From the NCBI GenBank assembly GCA_051453625.1, contig JBOZIK010000001.1, positions 48,093,294-48,157,293 of the forward strand: a stretch of DNA of 64,000 bases, written 5' to 3'. The translations under genes were made by a program, and so were the position numbers. Below, in pieces: positions 1 to 13,705 of this stretch. The notes under the pieces were generated by a model, which had not been told where the DNA came from, ran no database searches, and worked only from the letters and a program-made list of their open reading frames with translations. The DNA comes from Welwitschia mirabilis. Lineage: Eukaryota. Position 1 is the first letter of the stretch. Every line of letters starts with the position of its first letter.

Positions 1-660
1 TCTCTCTTCTCCCTTCTTTTTCCTTCCTCGTGTCCTGGATGTGGAACCTAGAATTCCATGCCTTGGGCATGGAACTCTCCTAGAAGTCAACTACCACCCT
101 TGTCGTGGTCCCCCAAAAAACCTAGTTTCTCTAGTTAGCGGTCCCCCTCCTTCCACAACATTCTATTAGTCAGGGGTCTTCTACTAAATCCGAAAAAATG
201 TCCAAAATGGCATAATAAGCTAGTCTATTTGCCTCTCGACTAGAAAGATGAATGTGAATGGTTTCCACATCATGCAAGCTTATGACTTGACAGATGTATC
301 TAGGAATAATGCATATGTCATGGCCACCACTGAAGCTTTAACACTTCTTATAACCTCTCTTCTGGCACCTCCTCATGTCTAAAGCCACATGAACTCGTAG
401 AATTCTTTGATCTCATGAGTATAGTATGATCGATGAGCATCTAGCAACCATTTGATGTGAAGCTCTGAAATAGCATGATCGAGCTTTGGCTTCAACCTCT
501 ATATGAAGTTGCTGAAGTTCCTCTCTAGCCTGACAGCAACATGTGCTATTGCCTCTCCCCTCACCCTCTCTAAGGCCTCTGTCTTATGCTTCTCTATTGG
601 AGGACCTACAGGTGCGAGATTCCCCTTGAGGGGACACAACCACAAGAAATTGTCTAGCTA
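1..660 (-). pseudogene. Extra ('env-like'/putative plant transposon protein) ORF remnant 3' of pol
   Basis: Manual translation of the - strand from 480 gives DHAISELHIKWLLDAHRSYYTHEIKEFYEFM, then SVKASV and, after a frameshift, GGHDICIIPRYICQVISL. This matches the W..L...Y..(V/I)xEFY...S.V.G..I.....I..IL.LP pattern also seen at 51860 and 57700. Confidence 0.55.
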
Positions 661-3049
661 TTTGGGATCGTGTATGGGGCCAACATGGGATATATGTGAA
701 ATAAAACATCCAAAAACATCTAAGTCACCAAAAAATATACATTTAAAGTTCAAAAATGTGCTATAAAAGTTATTTTTTTTTTTGCTAGAAATACATCCTA
801 GAGGAAAGATACACTCCCTCCCCCACCAAATGCACCAATTCATCCTGCATTGACATAAAAATAGGCAAGCAAAGAAGGAATTATGCATTCTTATAGAAAA
901 AAGGCAAAAACACATGAAAAATAGAGCACATTTAGTTATCTAGCCAAAACGAAGGTCCTAAATCAAAATTCTAAGATGGTAGAAAGGTCCACTATGTGAA
1001 GATAATTGATAGGAAGATTGTGGCATTTCGTCATGAAATAGCGAAGAATGGTTAAATTGAGCGAGAAACCTAATTTCAAAGGAAGCTAAGCTAAAAACAC
1101 TGATACCTTGCGAAATACCAAGTGAGATCGCAAACCATTTGTTTCAAAAAGAAGAGAACACAAATAAAACACTGGAGTGTGAAAATTATGTCTCGAAACA
1201 AGCTAAAATGCAACAAATGAGGAAAATTGAGACGGAAAAATGAAAATATACCTCATTTAAAAAAAATGGCTGAAACATCAATCTGATTCAGTGAAATTGG
1301 TTCAAAACTGGTGTCAGGCAGGAAGCAAAGTGCTAGAGCTTAGGTAGAGAGAGTTGAAAAGAAAATGATGAAAAATGATAGAAGAAGAGGTTAAATTGCA
1401 ATGTCTGCTATAGACATCCACAATCTTCGCCTGGATGAATATGCTGAGATGACTACCTTAAAGCTTAAAATTATTGATTTTTCAAACATTTAAATTTTTT
1501 GATTGTTATAAGGTTGTCTTCTTGCTTTGTCTGGACGAGTAAGGAGGATGGCAAATTAAAAATTTAAAATTAAGAAAAATCAAATGATAAGTCATGAAGG
1601 CTCAACAAGTCAGATAACAGGTAAAAAATCTCCCTAAACATATCCTAGAAGCTCTAAGAACAAACGAGGGTAGCACAGATGACTCATGAAATAGATTCGA
1701 AAGAATTAACTCATGAGCCAAGAGCTAAGTGATCAAGGCGATCAATGAAATGGAGGGTACAATCTTCGGATAATAGATGATATGGAGTAGAGACATCATG
1801 AGAGAATTGTGTAGAGAAGTACCACCCATGTTTCAACATATCAGATCAACCATTACAAAGGCACACTTGAAACGACATAAGCATATTCAAAGGGATCCAA
1901 ATAATTCATCAAGGAAAAGTGGTCTATGAATTACAAATTGCAACAGAAGATTAGCTAGCATAATGCATCTATGATTAGCCAGAACTCTAAGGCATAAAAG
2001 GGGCTCATATAAAATGTCTAATTTTAGCTGAGGAATAAAATGGGTAGAGGTGAAATTAATAGCCAGTGGGGAAAACTAGGCTATGGCTAGTCATTGGTCA
2101 AAGGAGAAATAAATCGAGTGTTGAAAGACGACAAGTTAACTAAGAAAGGGTGTCATTCTTGTGAAAAATGAGAGAAAGTGCGTGAATGACTTTGAGATAA
2201 CCAAAATAAACACTAGGAAAATGCTAAATGCAAATTGACAAAAAAAGGGAGCTTCAAGAAGATTGATTACTTCTCCCTAAGTGCTAGCTTGGCAAGATCC
2301 ATTGGTATATGTCAGTAGACTACTTGATGTTAGAGATGCATGGTTCAATGGTAAACAACATAAAGCATCATGTGATAAGAGTAGTGATTATGACAACATT
2401 TAATGATTACTCTATAAAGCATCAATGTAATGTCAAGACCACAAATCATCCCAATCATTAGCTATAATAGTAATGATGTCCTACCAGTGTACCATTCAAT
2501 CATCAATGTGTTTACATTCTCATGAAGTCATTGCTTCGAAGTTATAGGAAATCAAGTTAACAGGGTGTTGAAAAACACTGTTCATCATGATGAGGGGAGT
2601 GTAACCACAATCTAATGAGCAAGGATGCATAGGCTAAAGCCAAATCATGGCCAACTAACCTTCTAGTGGAGTTCCCACACCTACCATATTGCACTGCCAA
2701 AGGCCCCTTTTGAGAAAATTTGGCCTGGTGCACTTGTTGAAGGACATCATGGAAATGTAGATGCATTTATTTTCCTCTCAAGTTTAAAAATTTATTTTAT
2801 CAATTGACTTAGATTCCCATTTTTGAAACATTGCTTGATCATTAGAATGATGAATTAACAAAGCATGCAATTGAAGACAAGCATCAGATTTGACATAATT
2901 GATACTTAAACAAAATAACATAGGCATTGGAGGTCATAGACATGGGGATACATTTAAGCTGGCTGAAATCCAATCTTATTCTTGTAAACGCCCCAAAGTA
3001 AAAATTAATTTCATGAAAAGTCTAAAGAAATCTAGCAAAAAACTAAGCA

Positions 3050-6000
3050 ACTAAAGAAATCTAGCAAAAAACCAAGCAAATAGATGATCAAGTACCAAGA
3101 TAACTCTACCAAGGGATCTGATTAAGAAATCGTCTAGACGATGGATGGTGAAGGGAAGACTTTCCTCTTGGCTAAGAGGATTATCTAAGTCAATTGTGTC
3201 TATCATGTCCATGATGTAATGGCAATCATCAAGAATTTGATACAATTTCAATTGTTGTCCATGAAACTTTATTTTTCTCTAGATTTTAGGTCAGAAATCT
3301 CAACAGAGCCATTAGGATGTGCTTTCTCTATAAGATAAGGATCTAACCATTTGGATGTTAACTTGTCGTGAAGTAACTGCACTTGTGTATAAAAGAGTAA
3401 TACCAATGGACTAGGTCAAAGGACTTGTGTAGAAGCTTTTTGTCATGGGTAATTTTCGCTTTGGCTTTGTGGATGAGTTATTTGTGGATAGCGAGGGTAC
3501 ATTTCTCATGAAGGTGTTGCAATGATGCTAGTCAGTAGTGAAGATTCTCATCAAGATCAATAACATTAAGTTGACGGACAATTTTGTAAGAGTTATAACA
3601 CACATCAATTGGAAGAACACAAGTTTTAGCATACATAAATTCATAAGATAAAAAACCAAGTGAGTTATGCCAAAGTTGTAAGATAAGCCCAAAGAATATC
3701 ATTGAGCTTTAAGGACCACAAATTTTCGTTTTTAGACACAAGTTTCTAGAGCATCTTTTGAATTTCTTGATTGGAATTTTCAGCCTGATCGTTAGTCTGA
3801 GGATAATATGCATTGGCAAATTTATGTTCAACCCCTACCGAAAGAAGAAGTTTCCTAAGGATTTTGTTTATGAACTGGGTTCCTTGGTCACTTATCAAGA
3901 TCTTTGGAAAGCCAAACCTATGAAAGATTTTAGAATGGAGAAACAAACACATAGTTTTGGCATTATCAGTAATGGTAAGGATAGCCTCAACCCATTTAAT
4001 GGCATAATCTACAACCATACGAACATAACTTTCATTACACGAAGATGGTTTTATCCCAATAATCAAAAGGTTCACATTCCAAAATGGTTAGGAGGGGCAT
4101 GTCTTGAGATTTAGATAAGCTTCCAAAATGTTGACAAGCATCACATCTTTTAGCATAGTCAAAGGAATCTTAAAAAAGAGTATGCTAATACAAACTAGCA
4201 TCTAAGATTTTCATGGCTGTCTTCTGGCCACTAAAGTGACCTGCACAACTCCGCCATGACAAAGGGTAAGGATATCACATTTTTCCCATTTAGGCATACA
4301 CTTAACCATGATTTGATCTTTCCAATGACGATACAAGTGTGGCTTATTCCATTCATAGTCTCGTATTCTATCGAGAAAAGTTTTGCATTGATTTCTAGTC
4401 CAATGTTGAGGGATTTTTATGGTAACAAGATAGATTACAATGTCATCATACCACGGGGTAGGATGTTGAAAAGAGATAGAATAAAGTTGCTTGATAGTGA
4501 AGAGTTGTTAATCAGGGAAGATATCTTCAATGGGAAGATCTGGTGAGAAATGAAGAAGCCTTTGTTCTTAAGGGACTCTAGACAAATGATCTGCGAGGCA
4601 ATTATGTTTTCTTGCTTTGTCTATAATGGGAAGGTTAAATTCTTGCATCAACAACACACAACTAATAAGCCTAGCCCTAGAACCCTTCTTAGTCATAAGA
4701 TAATGAATGACCACATGATCAATAGTGTAAAACCCCAAGAAGGCAGTGACGAAGTTTGTCTAAGTAGAAAATGATGGCTAGCATTTGTTTCTATGTGGCC
4801 GTGTAGTTAAGTTGAGCACTGTAAAGGGCTTTATTAACGTAGCTTTATATCCCTTCTCATGCTTTTGTCCTAACACACCCCTAATGGCTATTTTGCTTGC
4901 ATTGCACATTAGTTCAAAATCCTTGAGGCCCCTAGAATAGGTTTTACAATGATGTTATCCTTAAGCTCATTAAAGGCCTTTTGACAGTTATTCCAATTGA
5001 ATTTTACATCTCACATGAGTAAGGAATGGAGAGGTTTACATGTTTTGGCATAACCTTTAATGAATCTATGATAGAGTCTAATGTGCCCAAGGAAAGTTCT
5101 AATTTGTTTGACATTTGTTGGTGGAGGGAGGTTATGAATGATGTCAATGTTGGCTGGGTTCATTCTAATGCCTTTACTTGAAATGTGGTGGTCCAACACA
5201 ATACCATCTTGTACAAAAAATTGACTCTTTCCCTAACTCAAGTGTAAACCACAGTTGAAACAATGCTCTAGGAACCTTTCTATCCTTCCATGATTTAATC
5301 AAAAGAATGTTCAAAGATAAAAAAATCATCCATAAGGAGTTTAATGGATTCCTTAATCATGTTTGAAAAGATGCCCATGATGGCTCTCTGAAAAGTTCTA
5401 ATTGCATTGCATAAAGCAAAGGGCATTCTCCTAAATGCAAAGGTACCAAAGGATGAAGTAAAAGATATTTTGGTTTGATCTTCACTAGCTACACAAACCT
5501 AGTTGTAGCTACAATATTCATGAAGAAAATCATAGTATGAATGTTCTTGTATACAATCAAGCACTTGGTCTAAAAAGGGCCATGGACAATGACCTTTCTT
5601 AGTTACATCGTTGAGTTTCTTAAAGTCTATCCACAAATGCCACTTTCCACCTTTCCTTGGCACTATCATCAAGGGGCTAACCCACTCACTATCTGAAATA
5701 GCATAAATAATCCTAGCACCCATAAGCTTAATGATTTCATCTTTGAGAACTTGCTTAAGGGTAGGATTTAGACTTCTTTGGGTTGCCTAATTGGTTTAGC
5801 ATTTTCCTCCAAATAGAAGAGAGGGAGTAATTACAAGAAGGTCTTTGTGGGTTCAAGCAAAAGTGTGCATTTTTTATGTAAGCAGTTGACTCAAAGGCTT
5901 TTTTTCTTATTGAGAAGTGAGGTATCACTAATCGCCAATGGTTTCTTAGGGTTGTCATTAAAAATATGTACTTCAAACCATTGGGCAATTCTTCAAGTTG

Positions 6001-8417
6001 TATGTCATAATCATTACTCATAGAATTTGAAGATCCATCTTGATGAAGTAAAGTTTCTATAGATCGCACATAGTAAATGTCATCATTGGGGAGGTTTCAA
6101 AGGTATAATTCAGTTCATGTTGGTTGTTGACCAAAATGTCACTGTTGTGGTTGCAAGTGTTTGAAGAGTTGAAGCTACCTAGAATGTTGGCATATTCATC
6201 ATGATCATCAAATAGAGATTTATAATGCAAGGTTAAAAGCCTTTCTTCTTTAGGATGATTTTGGAGGAGCATTGTTGATCTAATGTGGTCATATGGCACT
6301 AAGTCAACCCTCATGTCCTCCTTTGCTGTATTAAAGACTGTAATCATAAATTTCTTGTTTCCTATGTGATACTCCATTGTTCTTGTTCTAATGTCTATGA
6401 CACAATCGGCTATAACACAAAAGGCTCTACCTAAGAGTAAAGGGTATCCTCCATTATGTTTTACCTCAATAACAACCTCAATAACAACCACATGTATTGG
6501 GTAAAGAGCTTCCTTAATTTGAATGACTAAATCTTTAATAACTCCTACACATCTTTTTACTATTGCATCTACTAACTCTAAAACAATCTTTGTTGGTTCC
6601 ACCCTATTTTCCAACCCAAATGTTTTACATATAGGAAGTGGCATAGTGTTGACACTTGCTCCAATGTCGATTAAAGCATTTTTGATCTTTTTTTCCCTTT
6701 CCAACAAAACACTTATATTTGTAGCCCTTTCGTCCTTAAACTTTGGACACTTTTGCATCACTAACTTGGAAATGGATTGTGCTAGAAACACTCTACTAGG
6801 TATGATTCATTTTTCTTTTCTTTTTATTAAGTCTTTCCACACCTTAGCATACTTAGAATTATCTTGCAAGAGTTTCCACAACAGTAAGTTGATGCTTACA
6901 TCTTGCATAATGGCCTTGACATAATCATCCTAAGTAGGGTTTATTTTTAATCTCTCATGCCAGGGGGTTGCTGGTTTCTTACCTTTTTGCTCATGGTTGA
7001 TGTTGTTGTTTGATTTGTGTTTGAAGTTGAAGGAAAACTAGGGTGGTCAAGGATTTCAATGTCATCATCATTGTTTGCATCCTTGTCATTAGTGTATGAT
7101 GGTGGGGTGTCTTCATTTGGAGTTATATTAGTCCCACTTCTCATCACTACTTTCTGATCTTTCTTCACATCATTTCGGTTTGGAATTGTTTGAGTTGCAA
7201 GAGAACCTTGTGTGGTCTTTGAGTTTCTAACATTGTTTGTTGAAGAATGCCTATAAGATTTTCAATGTTCTTATTTTGACTTTCAATGTTTTTATTGGTT
7301 GTCTCTTGCATCTTCTTCAATTCTTTTATAGAGTAACAAAGTGAATCATTTCTATTGCTTTGGTAGTTGGAAGAACTTCATTGGAAATTTTGATTTCTAA
7401 ACCTATTTTCAAAAGAGATCTTAAAAGTAGGTGGTGGCCCATTATTTCTTAGTTGGAATTGTTGATTGTATCTATAAATGTTAGGCATTTGGTTGAATGC
7501 ACATGCCTCTTCAAAAATCATCTCTTTACAAGTTGGCAATATAGGACATTCCTTAGTTGAGTGGGAATCATCTTCACAAATGTGACAAGGGGAATAAGGG
7601 GGAATAGGAAGTTGAAAGTTGTTCATTACCAATCTTGGCATCTGTTATGGCTCTTGTGTATTTATTTAAGGTGCTAGTTAAGTTTTTAATGAGATCGTAA
7701 GGGCTGATTGGTTCCTTCTGATGGACTTTTTTGAGGTCTTTAAGCATTTGGCCTACTGATTTGTTCTCCTTGGGGGTACGTTTTTGCCAAGTTCGTCTTA
7801 TCTTTATCAATTCCTCTAAACATTTCCATGCTTCATCCAATGTCAAGTTGAGAAGGTTACCTCCACAAGGGAAATCTACAAGTTGTTTTATTTGTCTATC
7901 GAGTTCATTATAGAAATAATTTTCTTCCCTTGGAAATTCATCTATGCGATTCAATGATATGGCTACAAGGAATCTCTCATAGGTTGTTACATAATCTTCA
8001 TGTGGTTCCTAGTAAAAATTAGTGATTTCTCTTCTTCTTTATCCATAGAACTTTCAGTCATGAAGCATGCGAGGAAGGCATTTTGAACTTGGTCCCAAGA
8101 TTTGAGGCTTCTATGGGATATGATTTTCTAGCAAATTTTGGCTTTGCTTCTTAAGGTAAAGGGCAAAATGATCATGTAAGTCTTGATGTAAGCACCCCCC
8201 TTAATTTCTTGATGTAAGGACTAGTTGTTCTATTTCTGCTAAGTGTTGAAAGGGGTCCTCACCATCTTCTCCTGACAATTTTGGGTAAGCATTAAGATTC
8301 TTCAACTCTACATCATCACTTGAGGGTAGATCCAAAGCACTTTGAATTTCTTATTTCCTATTAGGCGATGATTTCTTTGAGGGATTTGGTAGTGCTAGTT
8401 GAAGAAGATGAAGCCAT
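3050..8417 (-). pseudogene. gag-pol polyprotein pseudogene of the Athila-like element
   Basis: Gag zinc knuckle CHICEDDSHSTKEC (7378-7641); aspartic protease ALIDIGASVNTMP (6057-6791); RT SEWVSPLMIVPRKGG...DFKKLND...PFLDQVL (5499-5723); RT/connection PPPTNVKQIRTFLGH..YHRFIK (5011-5199); integrase RFGFPKILISDQGTQF...YYPQTNDQAENSN (3746-4075). Many stops and frameshifts. Confidence 0.92.
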
Positions 8418-9625
8418 TTTTACAAAGGATGAGGGATTGTTGGAAGAGGATGGAAGGTTTTTCGAAGGGATGAAGGATTATTGGAAGTAGTGTTTACTTG
8501 TGGTTCAAAATGAGGAGTATGTGAGCAGGAAACATTAAAAGCAAAAAAACGGGCTTGCTTTATTCTTGAAATAAATTTTTCTTTGTCACCTCTAGTTTTT
8601 GAATTGAAATCAACCAAACCTTCATTGATAGTTTCTTTAAGAAAATACTTTTTTCTATAGTGTTTTTGTTAACACCCTGACTTTAATTACCTTAATTAAG
8701 CATTATTTTTCTTTGCATCATTAACTAACGTATACGATGGAACCTAGGAATAAATCTTACTTAGACCCTATTAAAACATTATAAAATTTAAAATAATTAA
8801 ATAACATAATTACTACTTAATTATAGACCCCTTTGGTTTTCATATAATAACAATGTCAGAATTATGTCTTACATTTATTCCTAATTTTTATTTTTGCCAT
8901 ACAAAGATATCTTATGTAATGTTNNNNNNNNNNNNNNNNNNNNNNNNNNNNNNNNNNNNNNNNNNNNNNNNNNNNNNNNNNNNNNNNNNNNNNNNNNNNN
9001 NNNNNNNNNNNNNNNNNNNNNNNNNNNNNNNNNNNNNNNNNNNNNNNNNNNNNNNNNNNNNNNNNNNNNNNNNNNNNNNNNNNNNNNNNNNNNNNNNNNN
9101 NNNNNNNNNNNNNNNNNNNNNNNNNNNNNNNNNNNNNNNNNNNNNNNNNNNNNNNNNNNNNNNNNNNNNNNNNNNNNNNNNNNNNNNNNNNNNNNNNNNN
9201 NNNNNNNNNNNNNNNNNNNNNNNNNNNNNNNNNNNNNNNNNNNNNNNNNNNNNNNNNNNNNNNNNNNNNNNNNNNNNNNNNNNNNNNNNNNNNNNNNNNN
9301 NNNNNNNNNNNNNNNNNNNNNNNNNNNNNNNNNNNACCTAACAAGTATAGTAATCACTTCCAAAGAGAGTAGATCCAATGGATAGTCTATAAAGGAAAAG
9401 ATTGAAATGCAAGTAAAAGAGAAGAAATTTATGTACAAACCCAAATGTAGATAGTCAAGTGAACACTTGTAGACACAAAGGCAATCAAGTGATCACAAGT
9501 AGATCTAATTTGGGGGTTAGTATACAATGCTACACAAGCACACAATATGAAATCAAATTGCTTACTTGTGTAATGAGAATCAACCTTTAAATGCTTGAAT
9601 ACATCCTCGACAATAGTACTAAAAA

Positions 9626-10980
9626 TGTTCATTTCTTGTGATGTGTATCAACAATCTTTATCTTCAATATAAATCCAGCCTATTCATATGACACACACTA
9701 GTAGAGGTCACAACCTAAATGTCGTAAATTGGTGAGGTAATCAATCAACATTCATAGCTTAAACCATTTCAAAAGAAGAAAGCATATAATATTTTTGGTA
9801 TCTTATGTTTAGGAATTGAAACTAACAATGCAAATGATGCAATGAGATGCATGACAGGCAATGAAGATGAGATGCAAATGAAATGAGAATGTAACATCCT
9901 AAATGTAACCAATTGCCAATTTTACCAATTTCTTGTCATCCAAGTTGGCCCTTATACTCTTCATCAAAATCAGGTTCAATCTATTAAAGCATTAAATTGA
10001 AATCAACATAAACTATAAGGACTATCAAGAGAGAAATTTAAGGAAAAAAAGCATGCTCTATTAATTCAACAAAATGTACTTAATTACATCCACTTACAAG
10101 CAACAATCCCTCAATGGAGGGTACTTACCCCAACACCAAGGAAAGCTCTTCTTCCGAGCAAATGGCTCTTGTGCCCAAGATGCTCCAAGCATCACAAGTC
10201 ACTTTGATGCAAAAGATATCAAATGGGTTGCTTAAGGAGGGTATTTATAGTTTTGCTATGATGGTTTGGGTCACTAGACGGTTGGAACCGAAGGGGTGTG
10301 ATTTTAATTAAAAATTAGTTACAATTTCATTAATTTTTTGAATGGTTTGTTATCATCGTCTTTAAGCCTTGTTTGGACGAAATGGCAAGATGAAGGACCA
10401 AATGGCCTATAACTGTGTGCCAGATGACCCAACTGAATTTGGCTTGGAGTGAGGCTTCTGTTGATGGTCGTATTGGGAACTTCATTTGGATGATCATGTG
10501 GATGATCCTTCCTAATCATGAATTATATTTTTGCTGAGAGTTGTCATAGGACTTCGTCCGGAAGATTGGGGGACGATCCTCCAAATTAATCTTCTGATCC
10601 TCAAACAACTCCCATCGATCATCAACTGACTTTATCTGATCCCAAAGCATTAGAAATGTCTCTAGAAACATCCCAAATAATCATGTGGGCTTTCGTCAGG
10701 TATCATGACAATGACTGGAGCATCTCCATGTTGTCAATTTTTGTCATCGTCTCGTTAATTCATTGTCATAACTTTGTCAAAAAGGGCACAAAGGGATCAT
10801 GCCTTGAAAGTCATCTAGAAAGGGTAAAAAATGCTGGAAAATTGCACTTTTTTTTAATCATTGCGATGGCTAATCAACTTTTGCTCTTATTTCACCAAAA
10901 ACCTGCCAAACAAGTGTGAAACATATTTGAACAATGATGTTGAATACAACCAATTAGGCCCCGTAAGAAATATATCTCAC
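9626..10980 (-). repeat. 5' LTR of the Athila-like element
   Basis: The - strand ends in ...TGAACA immediately before the PBS. A TATA-like CTATAAATA lies on the - strand at ~10242-10250. No ORF. The outer end is uncertain by tens of bases. Confidence 0.55.
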
Positions 10981-11599
10981 AATATTCTGCATGAAAATAG
11001 AAAGGAAGATGGGCATTTGGGGACAGGGAAAAATGATTAGATTAGAATTGCACTTGTTACTAAAGAGTGTCTTCATAGGTTTTTCAAGCTTCTGCTTCCA
11101 TAATAGGTATGCATCAAATTTCTATTGTAGATTTTGAAGCAATGATGGCTAGTGTAGACAGATTGGAGTAGAAGGTGGCTTCCACAGAAGCCAAATGGGA
11201 AGCAAAAATTTAGGAGCTTAAGAATGAGGTTAGAGTTTATATGGAGAATCCAAGGGAAGGATTTGCAAACTTAACAAAAGAGGCAATTGAATTTGTCCAT
11301 AGGGGAAGTTACATAATCCTTGCTATGGTTGAACATTTGGGCAACTTGAGTTATGGTGTTGATGATGTTTACCAAGGGGTTTAGACATTCCACTTGTTGG
11401 TCAGGAGGAGCACAATACTAACATAGGGATTGGACCCTCATTCCCGCTTTTGCCCCTTGGATGTGAGATACTTGGTATGATAATTGTACTATTTTTGTAA
11501 ATTATACAGCTTTTTGGCTAAATTTGAAAGTTTTATTTTTCTTGTGCAAATTTTTGTCTCTTCAACACTCCTTTCATCATCTTTAGCAGTAGAAGGGTT

Positions 11600-12680
11600 T
11601 ACATGTTGTTTGAATTAAATAACTAATAATGATTATTTTTTGAAAGTGAGCATAAGTCTTGATTCTATGCAATATTGGTCCACTTTGCAAAGGTTTGGTG
11701 AAGGCATGGTGGGAGGCTATGAACACACTTGAGATGAGTTTTGTGGATGCTATTGATGATGTGTTTGGAGTGTGGTTTTAAGATGAATGTGGTAGTTCAA
11801 GGTGAGGCCATTTGAATCAAGATGAAATGGGATCAATTTTAGCATTTGGACTCTTAATTGTATGAATTTTGAGACTTTGAAAGATTCTAAGAAGATGGAG
11901 AATTGACGGATGTTGGACAAAATAAAAAAAATGCAATTTGAAAGATGTGAGTTTGTCACTACTTGCAGTTGCCAGACAATAGTAATTAGCGACTTCTTAA
12001 TCGTCACATACTCGCAATGTATCTAATAATAGAGAAGGCTGCTCAACCAGCAATTCATCCCACTTACATTGCTCAATGATAGTAGTAGTGATGGCATAGT
12101 TATGATAACTACTCGAGTGAAATTCGACTAAATTAACATTTTCTTTTCTTGAATTGTCATGAATTGTTCCAAATTGCCTTGGACCTATCTTTACAATCCA
12201 AAGCTATATAAGGGCCTTCTCGTTGCATATAATCTATTTACCACTTAAATTGTGTGACAAAATTGTGATGGAGGCCATTGAGAGAGCGATGGAACGAAGT
12301 CCCTTACCTCATCGTGTCAGTTGAGTTGCGACCCTTGTGTCCAATTCATCAATGTAATTCATATACTTTATTTATACCTTGAATTAACAAATTTCTCTTA
12401 TTATGTTTCTCAACTTGTGAATTGTGACAAATGTGCCTTTAATGTAATTTGGATTTCTCATTATTAACAATTCATAGTTTGAGATTAATTGAGTGGAAAC
12501 CAATCAGATTTGATAAGTAGTGATTTACATGGTAGATACATTGTTATTTAATAAGGTATTGCGTTTTTATTGTAGCAACGATTTGCATTTCTTTTCTATC
12601 TTATTCATCTCTTCTACTTTGTAACTTTTTAACTTCACTAGTTACGATACTCAGATTTCCAACAGTGCTATACTTGGAGA
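11600..12680 (+). repeat. Probable LTR remnant
   Basis: TATA-like GCTATATAAGGG at ~12203. The segment ends ...TTTCCAACA at 12664, followed by GTGCTATAC, a possible decayed Met-tRNA PBS (GTGGTATCAG). No partner LTR in the window. Confidence 0.3.
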
Positions 12681-13537
12681 TTGAATTCTAAGCCTATGCT
12701 CTGCATCACAACACAAAGTATGTGAGTAATCCTAATAACAAGCATTCTAAAGCTGTTAAGTGGATTTTGAGGTGTCTTTGAGGGACACACCCTATAGCTT
12801 TGTGTTTTGGCAATTCTGATTTGAGCATTACGAGGTATGTGGATGTCAATTATGGTGAGACTGTAGAAGGTCCATTACAAGGAATATAAAATGTTTGACT
12901 CACAAGTTGATCACTCACCAAAGCTTGGCAACTCACTCTCTTTAACTTAACACCCTTAGCAAAAGTGAATTTTCTTTCTAATTTCAAAAATATTTGATTC
13001 ATGGTGAGTAACTTGCCAATCAGCCAAGTTGAAAATTTTTGATTCTACATGTACTAAAGAGTGCTTATATTTTTAGTTTTTCAAATTTTTGATCAATAAA
13101 CAGGTTTCATAAATATAGGGTTGTAAATTGGATTTTAACATTTCATTTCACATGTTAGACATTCCATTGTCCTATTGCTTATGTAATTGGCTTTTTCAAT
13201 ATTGGAAATGAATATCTATATTTTATGACTTCTGTTGTTAATATGATAATGTAATCGATAATGATAATGTACTCATCGATTGATTATATGATTTATGAAA
13301 GGTTTCATATTACACTTGGTCTTCTACTATGTAAATTTATAATGGTATCTAATAGTCATTTGAATTCATTTTCTTATTATTGACATGTGTTATGGTATTT
13401 TATGCATTTTAAGAACAAAATTCATTCATGAAACCTTAGTGTCATGTTTCTTCATTTTTTTTGTTTCACTCTTTCTGGCCCTTTTCTGTAAACAAGTCAA
13501 AATCAAGCAAGTTGATGAGCCAAATTAACTAACTGAA

Positions 13538-13705
13538 ATGTCACAGGTTATTAGCAATGACTACCTGAAAGAAGATCCTTGCAAAAGCGTGTTTGATGTT
13601 GCTCCTGTGCTGAGGTGGCTAGAAGCACTAGGTCTTTCTAGGTATTCAGATATTTTCATTAGAGAGGAAATTGATTGGGATACACTTCGGTGGCTCACGG
13701 AAGAT
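13538..13705 (+). CDS. SNM1: SNM1-like exon A (SAM domain N-half)
   Basis: Encodes ...APVLRWLEALGL...WLTED; donor GAT|GTATGT. The 5' end is either the ATG at 13538 or the acceptor CAG| at 13546. Confidence 0.8.

Larger units (their letters stand above)
1..10980 (-). mobile_element. Degenerate Athila-like Ty3/gypsy LTR retrotransposon (5' LTR, PBS, gag-pol, 3' extra ORF; runs off the window start)
   Basis: On the - strand the order is gag, protease, RT, RNase H, integrase, then an extra ORF at 1-660. A degenerate Athila-type PBS (TTTTTAGTACTATTGTCGAGGAT, cf. TTTTGGCGCCGTTGCCGGGGAT) lies at ~9603-9625, directly after an LTR-like segment ending ...TGAACA. The far LTR boundary is approximate. 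Confidence 0.8.

Noticed and set aside
6523..6924. 133-aa + strand ORF (similarly 3758-4114, 503-766, 52500-52823)
   Set aside because: Antisense shadows of retroelement coding remnants, with no independent motifs.
8853..9444. Long ORFs of 160-187 aa in several frames
   Set aside because: They consist mostly of X from the N-gap.
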